Below, in pieces: positions 49,969 to 62,296 of a DNA stretch of 64,000 bases. The translations under genes were made by a program, and so were the position numbers. Where the stretch lies: the NCBI RefSeq assembly GCF_022045235.1, contig NW_027266308.1, positions 22,072,001 through 22,136,000 of the forward strand, given 5' to 3'. The notes beneath the pieces were generated by a model that searched no databases, was not told where the DNA came from, and saw only the letters and a list, made by a program, of their open reading frames with translations. Numbering within the stretch: the stretch's first letter is position 1; the number at the start of each line of letters is the position of its first letter. This stretch comes from Haliotis cracherodii. Taxonomy: Eukaryota.

Positions 49969-50102
49969 AGGATTGAGTGACTAATATTTTTTTTGGTTCA
50001 TTGGGGTATGAATCGAACTTTTGTAAGAATTGTACAGTTTGCACATCGGTTTTTCGATTCATACCCCAATGAACCGAAAGAAAATAGACAGTCAATCCTT
50101 AA
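49969..50102. repeat. Long imperfect palindrome (MITE-like)
   Basis: aggattga..ttggttcattggggtatgaatcgaa / ttcgattcataccccaatgaaccgaa..tcaatcct. Confidence 0.7.
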
Positions 50103-51554
50103 AATTAAATTCGACAACGTAAAACATATTTTATCTACAATAGTTTAACAAAAAACAGTTAAATATATCAAAGCAGACAAAAATGACGAGATTGATAAAT
50201 ATTCCAGATGTATGAATACATACTGTGACGTGAAATGAATCAGGTGATCGTTTAATTTATGCACATAACTTTACACGCCTACACAGTCAGTAGCCAATCA
50301 ACGGAGAGTAGGGTCAAAACAATGTTCATATGACCTGTTAATTAAGGCAAAAGGCGAGAAGAAGTGAAACAGTCAGACTGTAATATGCCCAGGAGAAGGT
50401 GTCTCTTTCAAATGACATGGTCAGTTACCGCCAGATTCAAACATGACTTCCCTGTAAACGGGAAAACACAGTTGGAAAAATGCTAGTTAGAAATGAAACC
50501 CGAAGACATGAAAGTTGAACCGAGGCGAGCGGGAAAGACAGGCGAGCGAGCCTGCACGTTTGCTGTTTCATTCATTCTCGGTAGTTTGTACAACGAATAT
50601 GCATCAAAGTCGCTAAATGTCCTGTGCATAACGATACACGTGAGCAGAAAGGGAATTTCCTCGACTGTAATATTGGGATTCCCCGACATTACGCAGTAAT
50701 AAAAGTAGTGCGCCTCGGTGGGCGTGGCTAAATTTTTTACATTCATTGAAATGAACGCAGTAACACGTGACCAATTCAGACAATCAGAACGAAAATTTGA
50801 TTATACCGATCTATACCGAAAGTATTACAGTATTAAATTAAAGACTTTGTCCATAAATTGTGTCTACTTTGAAAACTTCGATTCGCTGTTGTGTTGACTC
50901 CAACTGTTTTCCGAGACGATTCTCCGCCACTGGGTGCTTGAACCTTCCATTTCCTCGTACAGTAATAAACCCCCCAAAGTTATTAACAAGATGCTGCTGA
51001 TGAAGACACATTCGTTCTGCTTACTGTTGTGCACGGACAAAGTCTGGATGCAGTCACGAGCGTCACCTGACCGGTTTTGTAATTGCTCGCAACTTAAACA
51101 AATTTGTTCCCCACTGGCTTTCACAAATTATGCTTATTTGAAATTTAACATGACAAAGTGAACATGTCATGCATGTTTGGACTTCTAGTGTCGACCTTGA
51201 TCAAATTCACAACTTAATTTCAATTTGCATGAAGAATGTACGAGAAAGATGACATGATGCTACGAACAACTATTTAGCTGCCATTCTAAATGCTGTTATC
51301 TAACTTTCAATGTAACCACCTAAATACTGATTGCTCCTGGTCTGCTTAAAAATCAAATTTTGACCAACCAAACCAGTGATTGACTGCATGAGCAACGATC
51401 TACACCGTCGGGGCATAATGACATACGATCATCAAGGTCACACATTCTAACCACCCCAACCAAAACATGACTTAGGGCTAACTTGGGCTACATGCCGTTG
51501 GTTCAAGAAACAAGGATCCTGCAAAAGAGTGTTTGTAGTTTCAATCTGTTTCAG

Positions 51555-51711
51555 GTGCCGTGTTTTGTGTGCTTGATCTCAGCGAGATGGTCTCCACTGC
51601 AGTGTTTACAGTGGCCGGAGGTCTGATCTACGCGGCAACACTAGCGATATTTCCGGGCTTTGTATTCATTGCACTCGCTCTCATCCTACTCTTTGTTGCC
51701 GTGGCTCTGTT
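51555..51711 (+). CDS. SLC46-like paralog 3, 157-nt exon
   Basis: GAVFCVLDLSEMVSTAVFTVAGGLIYAATLAIFPGFVFIALALILLFVAVAL; gtgagt donor. Confidence 0.92.
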
Positions 51712-51729
51712 GTGAGTATACATTGTGTT

Positions 51730-54440
51730 TGTTCTGGTAGTGACAGCACTACTGATTGTTGCCATCACGTGTTTGTTCCTCTTTGTGTGTTTGACCACAA
51801 GCCTAGCTTGTGGTAGTGGCATCTCTAGTGTGAGTAAACATAAGCCAGGTTTCTGCTTGTGGCAGATCTGGTGTGTGTAAATACAGGCCACGCTCCTGGT
51901 AGTGGCAGATCTAGTGTGAGTAAATACAGGCCACGCTCCTGGTAGTGGCAGATCTAGTGTGAGTAAACATAAGCCAGGTTTCTGCTTGTGGCAGATCTGG
52001 TGTGTGTAAATACAGGCCACACTCCTGGTCGTGGCAGATCTAGTGTGAGTAAATACAGGCCACGCTCCTGGTAGTGGCAGATCTAGTGTGAGTAAATACA
52101 GGCCACGCTCCTGGTAGTGGCAGATCTAGTGTGTGTAAATACAGGCCACGCTCCTGGTAGTCGCAGGTCTGGTGTGAGTAAATACAGGTCACGCTCCTGG
52201 TAGTGGCAGATCTGGTGTGAGTAAATACAGGCCACGCTCCTGGTAGTGGCAGATCTAGTGTGAGTAAATACAGGCCACGCTCCTGGTAGTGGCAGATCTA
52301 GTGTGTGTAAATACAGGCCACGCTCCTGGTAGTCGCAGGTCTGGTGTGAGTAAACACAGGTCACGCTCCTGGTAGTGGCAGATCTGGTGTGTGTAAATAC
52401 AGGCCACGCTCCTGGTAGTCGCAGGTCTGGTGTGAGTAAATACAGGTCACGCTCCTGGTAGTGGCAGATCTAGTGTGTGTAAATACAGGCCACGCTCCTG
52501 GTAGTTTCAGGTCTGGTGTGAGTAAATACAGGTCAGCTCTTGGAAGTGGCAGATCTTGTGTGAGTTAACACAGGCCACGCTCCTGGTAGTGGCAGATCTA
52601 GTGTGAGTAAACACAGGTCACGCTCCTGGTAGTGGCAGATCTGGTGTGTGTAAATACAGGCCACGCTCCTGGTAGTCGCAGGTCTGGTGTGAGTAAATAC
52701 AGGCCACGCTCCTGGTAGTCGCAGGTCTGGTGTGAGTAAATACAGGTCAGCTCTTGGAAGTGGCAGATCTTGTGTGAGTAAACACAGGCCACGCTCCTGG
52801 TAGTGGCAGACCTAGTGTGAGTAAACACAGGCCACGCTCCTGGTAGTGGCAGATCTAGTGTGAGTAAATACAGGTCACGCTCCTGGTAGTGGCAGATCTA
52901 GTGTGAGTAAATACAGGTCACGCTCCTGGTAGTGGCAGATCTGGTGTGTGTAAACACAGGTCACGCTCCTGGTAGTCGCAGGTCTGGTGTGAGTAAATAC
53001 AGGTCAGCTCTTGGAAGTGGCAGATCTTGTGTGAGTAAACACAGGCCACGCTCCTGGTAGTGGCAGATCTAGTGTGAGTAAATACAGGCCACGCTCCTGG
53101 TAGTGGCAGATCTGGTGTGTGTAAATACAGGCCACGCTCCTGGTAGTTTCAGGTCTGGTGTGAGTAAATACAGGTCACGCTCCTGGTAGTGGCAGATCTA
53201 GTGTGAGTAAACACAGGTCACGCTCCTGGTAGTGGCAGATCTAGTGTGAGTAAACACAGGCCACACTCCTGGTCGTGGCAGATCTAGTGTGAGTAAACAC
53301 AGGCCACGCTCCTGGTAGTGGCAGACCTAGTGTGAGTAAATACAGGCCACGCTCCTGGTAGTGGCAGATCTAGTGTGAGTAAACACAGGCCACGCTCCTG
53401 GTAGTGGCAGATCTAGTGTGAGTAAAAACACAGGTCACGCTCCTGGTAGTGGCAGATCTGGTGTGAGTAAACACAGGTCACCTCTTGGTAGTGGCAGATC
53501 TGGTGTGAGTAAACACAGGTCACCTCTTGGAAGTGGCAGATACAGGGTGGTGTGAGTAAACACAGGCCACGGTCCTGGTAGTGTCAGGCCTAGTGTGAGC
53601 AGACACAGTCCAGGCTCCTGGTAGTGACAGCACTATTGAGCGTAGCCATCACGTGTTTGTACCTCTTAGGGTGTCGTTCGTAGTAGTGGCAGCTCTAGTG
53701 TGAGTAAAGACAAGCCACGTTCCTGGTAGTGACAGCTCTAGTGTGAGCATACACAGGCCACGCTCCTGGTAGTGACAGACCTAGTGTGAGTATACACTGT
53801 CCACGATCCTGGTAGTGGCAGCTCTAGTGTGAATAAACACAGGCCACGCTCCTGGTAGTGGCAGATCTAGTGTGAGTAAACACAGGTCACGCTTCCGGTA
53901 GCGGCAGGCCTAGTGTGAGTAAACACAGGCCACACTCCTGGTAGTGACAGATCTAGTGTGTTTAAACACATACCACACTCCTGGCAGTGACAGACCTTGA
54001 GTGAGTAAACACATACCATACTCCTGGTAGTGACAGACCTTGAGTGAGTAAACACATACCACACTCCTGGTAGTGGCAGACCTAGAGTTAGTCAACACAG
54101 GCCACACTCCTGGCAGTGACAGATCTAGTGTGTTTAAACACATACCATACTCCTGGTAGTGACAGACCTTGAGGGGGTAAACACATACCACACTCCTGGT
54201 AGTGGCAGACCTAGAGTTAGTCAACACAGGCCACACTCCTGGTAGTGACAGACCTTGAGTGAGTAAACACAGGCCACACTCCTGGTAGTGGCAGACCTAG
54301 AGTTAGTCAACACAGGCCACACTCCTGGTAGTGACAGACCTTGAGTTAGTCAACACAGGCCACACTATGGTACTGACAGACCTTGAGTTAGTCAACATAG
54401 GCCACGCTTCTGGCAGCAGCAGACCTTGTGTGAGTAAACA
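51730..54440 (+). repeat. 43-bp minisatellite (about 60 units) starting just after the splice donor; most units contain GTGAGT
   Basis: Unit ctggtagtggcagatctagtgtgagtaaatacaggccacgctc. Confidence 0.95.
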
Positions 54441-54866
54441 TCTCTGAAGAATAATAAGCATGCTCCTGGAGGTGGACGATTAAGTGTGAGACAGACCTGT
54501 TCTATATAGTGTCATGTCATGCGTCTTCTTGTGTGCAGTGTTGAGACATTTGCTGTATTCCACGTAATCGAAGTTGTCTGAGCATACCGTAAGACGGCCT
54601 AACGGTGCCACTTTGTCAGCTTGATTTTTTAAATAGAAGTTTCTTTATGTTTCAATTATATGCTTATGTTTTCGATATCTCGAGGTTTTCTTGTTACTTC
54701 GATTATATTTTCGTAATTTCAATAATGTTTTGTTACTTCGAGGTTTTTTTCATTACTTCGCATATTTTCAGATTTTTTCTATTATTTACTCGTCAGTTCA
54801 AGTCTATTTCAAAAACTTGAAATTTCGAATTTTCCTCATTGCTTCCATTATTCCGATTATTCTCAG

Positions 54867-55030
54867 GGGCAGTGGGGTAGCCAAGTGGCTAAAGCCTGCG
54901 TTCGTCACGTCGAAGGCCCGGGTTCGATTCCCCATATGGGTACAATATATGGTACCCATGTCTGATGTCCCCCGACGTGATATTGCTGGAATATTGAACA
55001 AAATCGGCGTAAAACCACACTCACACACTC
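54867..55030 (+). mobile_element. SINE family C copy, inserted in a probable MITE (about 54590-55216)
   Basis: A/B boxes and tail; flanking imperfect inverted repeats ggcctaacggtgcca / tggcgccattaggc. Confidence 0.75.
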
Positions 55031-55363
55031 GATCATTTTCTCGTTGAAATGACGAGAGAAACAAAAACGAAATTTCGAGTTTTTGAGATAAGCTTGACAT
55101 TACCAGGAAATAAACGAAGTAACCAGAAAAAACCTCGAGGAGACATATAAAAGAGAGAGAATATAATCAAAATAACTAGAAACTGATTAAAAAAATGGCG
55201 CCATTAGGCTTTCGTATGTCGTCAATGATATTACTTTGCCCACGATTAAAGTTTTAACGATAGTACTCTTAACTATTGACAATGCTGCAACAATCACATT
55301 TCATTCGTGATCATTCTTGCCAATTGTAGATTAATGAACAATGCATTTCACCATTTTCTTCAG

Positions 55364-55412
55364 CATCGCCAAACGACTCCAGGACCGCGAGGGAGACGGA
55401 AGCATAGATTAG
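55364..55412 (+). CDS. SLC46-like paralog 3, probable last exon
   Basis: ccattttcttcag acceptor; phase 2 gives (F)IAKRLQDREGDGSID*; AATAAA at 55451; an acceptor at 55329 is an alternative. Confidence 0.5.
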
Positions 55413-56920
55413 AAGATATGTCCATCCTCAGTATAAATACATGCATGTTGAATAAAGGAAAACGTCAAACGAAGTTGCTCATTCTAATGATAAATCGTTA
55501 CCATGGAAGATCCTGGTTATAAAACAACAGGAATATCCGAAAAGAGATATACGGATAAACGATGAACAAGAATATCTACAGATCTTGTAATATGTTGCCT
55601 GTTGTCATTAATCATGCAGTTATATTGGACACTGAAAATAAAGTATACAATTGTGAAAAAACAAACTTAACAGATGTAGGATCTATCATATGTATGAACT
55701 TACAGTATTTATTTAGATAATTAGTTGGAAGTTTAAATCATTAATCCGTGAAAATAAGAGGGAATAAATTGGTACCATTGCTGAGTAGAGATTAATTGTT
55801 CAAAGGTGTGGACATAAGTGGGACTCGGGCCAACGGGAATATCACATATCATGATGGGAGTTATAAGGTTCGAAATAGCATCCGAACTGTCAGAAATAGG
55901 GCAGTCCTACGAGCAAATGAAATATAAATGGTCTGAGTGAGGTGAGCCTAAATTCTTGGAAATCGTGGAATTCGCCTAACAGAGGACCAAATAAGGAATC
56001 GGGGTAAGAACGAGTATGGACTAGTCTTTTGCAAGGGGGAAAGGATGCGGACCTTTGGTTAACGAAAATGATGATTGTTGTGACGTAGGAACCCGTGTTT
56101 TAGACGTAGAAGCGAACCCAAAGTAAGACAGTCATGGGCGCACCCGCTCTTGTCTATTGTCACTGAACTCGTACTCAGAGACATTCTTAAGGCATCACAG
56201 TTTTGACTGAAGCCTTGCGGCCGAAGTCTCTTAGTCAAGTGTTTATAAATCAAATGCAATTATATATAAAATAGATTTATCTGTCCCCGTTAACAGTAAT
56301 ATGGTCGACAAGACTCAGGAACCACATGGCTAATGGAAATTACACTTTCATCCCAAGTACCAAGCTGTACCTATTGATACCTATGTACCTATTGTCGTGA
56401 ATGTTCTTCTCCGGATTATTGCGGCCACAACGCAGCAACTTTCTCCTCCAGTACACGGGGATGGAAGGGAGGCCTTCTGTATGCACGTTCCACCAATACG
56501 TTTCGATTGATACTTTCAACCGGAAATAATTCCTTGCAGTCGTCGTTGAGTGTAACCAGATCATGAACGGTTTCTAATCACTCCTCATGCAATCCCCTAT
56601 ATGTTTCCACGAGTACTTTACATCATGAAATTAATGTGTCACCAAATATATGTGAGTGTTGATCCTTGGCCAAATGTGCGCTATGGAAAGTATGCGAGCG
56701 TTGACCCATGACCTAAAATGCATCATGGAATTAATGCGAGAAGTATTGCCTCTGAACGATAAAAAGACTATACGGTAGTCTGTAGATCAAGGGGGATAGT
56801 TCTATCGCTATTCAACTTCTGTATCACAATGAATGCGTCGCTTCGGTGTGCATGCTAACGCTGTTATCACGCAGTGTAAAAAAGAAGTTGTATATTCACA
56901 GAAGGTTTTCCCCAGGTCAT

Positions 56921-57000
56921 CGGGGCGGTCGGGTAGCCTATTGGTTAAAGCGTTCGCTCGTCACGCCGAAAACCCGGGTTCAATTCCCGACATGGGTACA
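56921..57000 (+). mobile_element. SINE family C head only
   Basis: ggggcggtcgggtagcctattggttaaagcg..gggttcaattcccgacatgggtaca. Confidence 0.75.
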
Positions 57001-57099
57001 AAGAAACAACCAGGAAACATATTTATAACAATAGTCCTGTGATGTTTGAGAAAAGTTTGAGGAATTTGATCAACATACGCAAAGTAGGCAGCCCTTTTC

Positions 57100-58700
57100 C
57101 AGTCAACTATGAGCTACCCCCGCCACACCACAGCCACGCGCCCAGGTGGCTCTTGAACCTATGGCTTGATGCATCGCCCTCTACCCTGGCCTTGGTAGTG
57201 AGAGCATTAGTGTGAATTTTGAGCGGGTCATTACAACTGGTTTACCATTCTGGTAACTGAGGAAAACTGGTGATTCCAGAGAACCGCCATTGTTCACACT
57301 GAACAAGTGAAGGATAGCTCTGACTGGGCAAAGGGGATGTGGGTTAATGCATGGTAATCTCACCTCATACATTCTTTCCTTAAACTGAATAGTTTTGGAC
57401 CAGTTCACTCTCACTCCATGTGAACAGTCCGAGTATAACTTCCTCTTGAAAGCTGCTTCGTACTTGAATAATTTTTCTCCGAGTCAGGGAAAAGGTTTGA
57501 TTTGCGAAACAATCCAAAAAACATCATCAGCATACCACTCCACAAGTTTACATGTGAAAGGTTGCTAAATGCAAGCACTCCCCTGAGTTGTAGCAACATG
57601 ATCGGTGTCATATGTTCTATGTACAACACATCCTTTAATTCTTGAAGTTACCCTGAGAGTAGACTTCAGAAGCCAACTATTTGAAATGGGTGCTCATACC
57701 CACACACAAGATGCAAAATTCGCATAATATAATGCACTGTTTAATTGAAGTAGGATCATATTGCGAGTGAGGCGGCATAGAGCACAAACATGCCACACTG
57801 TGACTGGGACGGGAGCCTTCCCTATTAACTTACAAAACTTCAGATATGCACTCAAATGCAGCTTGTACGTTCTCATGGTATTCTCTGAGAAAGTCGATGC
57901 ACGATATTCAGGAACTTCCTCTGTGCATACGTGAGCCCTTCTTGTTATGACCATCTTCAATACAGAAACATCCTTGACTGCAGGGACATTGAATTTACAA
58001 ACTCTGGGAGCACCATGAGGCCTGACTTACAACACTGAAACCACTTACTGAGTAATGTGCACAATTTTGTAAGGATGTTAGGCTCATGGAGTCGCTAAAT
58101 AGTGTCTGGAATGATGTTACATCTGCCGGGTATGTGACTCTCTTTTACTGTGAAGGTCCACCGCGCATTTGCCACAACACTGTCTGTATGCACAACCATG
58201 GCTTTATCCTTCCATCCCTTGGCCCCTTTTCTCACTGCCAGAACAAGTGCCAACATTTTCTTATAGTTAATATGCAAGGTATCAATTGCCGTCCAATCAG
58301 CTTGCCATGCTGAATAGTGCCTCTCCCAACTGCTGCTGTGAAAGCATCCACGTGAACTGGATCCGTTTCCGTTGAAACATAATACACTGATACATTAAAT
58401 ATGGCAAGATAAGCTAGCCACCGTGCCAAATCGCTCTTAAATTCGTGCGATAATACTGCATTGACGCTACAGGCCACACATCGTGTCCAGAATGTGTCGA
58501 AGAAAAAGTTCCTCCTAATATTGCCTGGCATGCCCAATTTAATAATCCTGCTAGTCCTTGCAATTGTCGTTTTGATGCTCTTCTTCTGCTTTAAAATCTC
58601 TTTTGTTTCTCATTTAACTTAGAAACTCTCTTATCACAGCCAAATATTCAAGTTCCACGAATATACACATCCATATATATTGTGAAAAGTGCGCAAACGT
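57100..58700 (-). mobile_element. Decayed DIRS/Ngaro-type tyrosine-recombinase retrotransposon
   Basis: YR fragments FFGLFRKSNL and WSKTIQFKER..HPLCPVRA; RNase H fragments HINYKKMLALVLAV..W..VHTD and HIPGRCNIIPD; frameshifted. Confidence 0.8.
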
Positions 58701-59429
58701 CACTTTTCACTTTCCCCTGAATCACACGGCCAAGAAGACTGTGTAAGTCTCCAGGTATATACAGCTCGAACGGCTTTGCTGTTATAAGTGTATTTGTAAG
58801 AATGCATTGTCATGTTATAATTGTACTAGGCGTGACAAAAATGCTTAGTTCTAATCAATAGCTTTTGTTTTCGAATTGTTCTTCCTGAAAGTGCTCTAAA
58901 CGCCTCAGTAACATTTAAAAGAACAAAAAATATTCAAAGTAAATAACTTTTAATATATTACTGTGTAACAAAAAAAGTTACAACTTTTGAAAATGACTCG
59001 TACACATCCTGCTAACATAGGATATTCATTTTGTGTTAAATTCATTCATTATTTAGACTTTTAACCTGTGGCCGTTATGACTTTTTGTTGGTGTGGCCGT
59101 TATGATTTTGTCTGTGGCAGTTTTGGCTATGGGTTTGTGGCCGTTTTGACTGCAACCCTTTGTGATTGGTGCCACCAGTGGGACAGGATACGTATCATCA
59201 CTAGTTGATGACTATGGAAAAAGTTTTGTCGCTTTTATGGATGTAATGTGCTTTTTAAACAAGAAAATGTAACCCGCTATTGTTCATTAATACATAAGGT
59301 TATATCTGCCACAAACAAAGAAAATATAACCCGCCATTTTTCATTAATACATAATGTTATATCTGCCACAAACAATGTACCGATGTACCAATATTCTAAG
59401 GGTTCAAAGGTTATGTAATAACAACTGAC

Positions 59430-59579
59430 CCCTTTTTTCGTCGATACCAGGAGTGTTCTTTTGTTCAAGCCGTACTCCATATTCGGGAAGGCCTCCGTCA
59501 TCTGAAATGAGGTGACTGGAACAAGTCTTCCTGCAGTCCCAGTCCCGTGCAATGTAGACACAGCCACGCCTTCTGTTTC
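59430..59579 (-). pseudogene. Ionotropic glutamate receptor/IR-like exon (ATD-S1 linker)
   Basis: ...EAFPNMEYGLNKRTLLVSTKK, an FPNxxYGxNxRxLxVST pattern seen before S1 in molluscan iGluR/IR-like proteins; ttgttgcag acceptor, gtcagt donor. Confidence 0.65.
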
Positions 59580-60120
59580 CTGCAACAATTAAGTTTAACA
59601 TAATTTTCATTTACTGTAAGCATGTTAAATAACATACCGAGTAGGTTAATCTATGGACAAAAACACTAATAGTTTAAGAATAAGAATGAGGCAGGATTTT
59701 GAATTGTTACGGTTACATCTGTTATACAATGTGTTACACTGTATTGCAAAGATATAACGTTTGAGAGAAATTAATAAGTGACAAAATGTCGTGCCACTTT
59801 GTCAGGTTCACTTCACGATCCACCTCGAACAGTTGCAAGCTACCTCACCCCTACCACCTACATTGGGTGACTTTGTAAAAAGATTGGAAAATATTCCTGG
59901 ACTGGAAAATAATAGTCACAATACCAATTGCCTGAACATTTCATTGATTTATTTGATAGTCTGACTGATTCAACTAGAACTAAAACCGAGATACTGAATA
60001 AAGCTATCTTACTGAGCAAAGACTTTTTACTAGAATATTTTTCTCGAATTTAATGAACATTATTTCTGGGGCGGGATCTGGATCCGACGAGATATAAATG
60101 ACTCAAGCCATTGGTCAGGT

Positions 60121-60657
60121 CATCTTCCCGAGGCAAAGGCGTTTACTAACTGTAAAAGTCTACCCTTGCCGAACTAGGCTGGAATTCCGGAGTTACATTT
60201 TGGCTGTACTAACGAGTGCATGCACAGTCCAATCAAAATCGCGTGACGCACTGGACATCCGGTTCGTAAACAACATGGATTTCAATGTGCAGATCTCGGT
60301 CGACTGAAAGATGTGCAAAGCATGTATACCGCCAAATGGGCGTTTACAGATGTTTTGCAAATCTTTTCATGTTTTTAACCAATGTGCTCAAGTGATTTGA
60401 TGCACTTCGTGAGATAAGGCCCGTTTTATTACCGATCAGATCGTCTTGAATGGGCACCGACATTTTCTTTGAAGCATTTGCAAGTGATATGAGAATCGGT
60501 ATCTGATTGGTCAGTAGTAGGGACATAGAAGGGACATAACTCTTAATAGCCACTGGTGGCGCTACGATAGCGCCTGGAAATTCCAGCCTGCATGTAGTTC
60601 GGCAAGGGTGGAAACTGGACTTTTATAGTCAGTTAACGTCCTTGACCTGGCAAGATG
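60121..60657. mobile_element. Second copy of the catcttcccgag-TIR DNA transposon
   Basis: Collinear with 32540-33074; flanks tggtcaggt / tggttaggt. Confidence 0.8.
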
Positions 60658-60737
60658 TGGTTAGGTACTCAGAGCATTGGTCAATTCACTTAAACAGCGT
60701 TTAATTAATAGATGGATGCTTATCAATGGCAATATAC

Positions 60738-60900
60738 TTGCCCTTCTCAACTGTGGAAGTGGTGATACAAAAAGGACATTCTCTAAATCCAGGGACAGGA
60801 GCAGGATGTCATGCCATGTACTCCTCTCGGCAAGGACTATCCACTTGGAGAGGTGTCGGGAGTCACTTGTTCTATTCGAAGTGGTGTCATAATTATTTGC
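60738..60900 (-). pseudogene. iGluR/IR-like exon
   Basis: Phase-0 acceptor tttctcgtcag; ANNYDTTSNRTSDSRHLSKWIVL..LDLENVLFV continues in phase from the 61432 exon; 3' end uncertain. Confidence 0.55.
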
Positions 60901-61431
60901 CTGACGAGAAAGAATATCATAGTATAGAAGTAATTATGCAACTAATGCTAGTTTCGGTGTTTTATTGGCCCTATGTTTGATTTTTTAAATTGAGTTATAC
61001 AAAAAAGCAACCATTTCATCTTTTTCTCAGTTATTTATCAAATAAAAGACCAGTTTACCAGTATTTGAATCTATGGTTTTGGGGTCACTATCAAAAATGC
61101 ATGATTCAATGTACCAGTAACGATGTTTTAGTAAATACGAGTTTCCCTAAAATGAAATTGATATGACATGGAAAGGAATATGTACGACGGTATGTGCCAC
61201 TTCTTAGCCGACCGGCCCACATGCACACCTGAACATGAAACACATGAAACACATGCATATATGCAGATTAAAAACTGTGTAGCATTTAGTCTAGTACATC
61301 AGAATTATCACAGAGATCCCCAATAATGGGTTTTATACATTGCACTTTGATTGTGGACAATAGAATCCAGATCTTAAGTGTGACAATCAAATGTTTGAAG
61401 GATAATGTGAACCATTAAATGTTACGCTTAC

Positions 61432-61616
61432 CATTTTGAGAGCAAATAAAGCATGAATTGGATTGCAAAGCAGTACTATGTTGACAGATGGAAACATGAC
61501 AAAGTACACTGTCTTCAGGGTGTAATTCATATCTGTTGTATCAATGTTGAAATCCAGGATTTTACAGGAAGGTCTCTTTCATGCCATCACAGACTGCAAC
61601 GTCGAAACTGTATGTT
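61432..61616 (-). pseudogene. iGluR/IR-like exon with in-frame TGA at 61579-61581
   Basis: cttttag acceptor, ATG|gtaagc donor, phase 1/0; EHTVSTLQSVMA*KRPSCK...VNIVLLCNPIHALFALKM. Confidence 0.6.
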
Positions 61617-62161
61617 CTAAAAGTATAAGAAAATGCGTAGATGACCCTTATACTATAGCATATTATCAGTCTTTATGTAAACCTTTGTACTCTACAATCT
61701 TCAAAACTTATATCGTGATAGAGTTAGATGAACAGGAATGCAACAAACAATACACATAACTGTGAAACGATCAGTATTTTACAATGATATACGTGAACCT
61801 CTGAAGGACCCTTTGACATACCAGTTGATTTATAGAGCATTGCGATATTCTAATGATACACGAGAATTTGCACCGGTATATGGATTCCCAACAATAAGAT
61901 CCACACAACATTGTGAATTTCAAGACAACAAGACAAGACACATTTTTATTCGGAACTTCAGACCACCGGCTTATAATACAATGGAAATATACTGTGTATA
62001 TATACAATATACAATATGTGAATTTCTAGGGATTAATGATGCCTTAGAATCTTCAGAGTCCAGGTTTTTTATTTATTTTACCAATTGCATCTCTCATTTT
62101 TAAGTATATTCAGGAGATGAATTTTTGAAGTATTTCTTTTTCTGACTGTTTATGATGTTAC

Positions 62162-62296
62162 CTGACGACGTGTCATACACGATGCTCACTGATGTCCAGT
62201 TGAAGGATTCAATGACATCAGCGATGAAGGTGGTAGGTGTCGATTGTTCCGGTGAAAATTCCTTAGATATTGCCTCCACATTAAGTAGTCTTCCCT
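62162..62296 (-). pseudogene. iGluR/IR-like exon (amino-terminal LIVBP-like domain)
   Basis: FIADVIESFNWTSVSIVYD, the ANF-receptor/ATD motif (I..F.W..V.I.YD); phase 1/1. Confidence 0.65.

Noticed and set aside
42848-54440. CRISPR-like regularly spaced repeats
   Set aside because: Units are contiguous with no unique spacers, there are no cas genes, and the context is eukaryotic.
61579-61581. Selenocysteine recoding of the in-frame TGA
   Set aside because: No SECIS element recognised, and iGluR-like proteins are not known selenoproteins.
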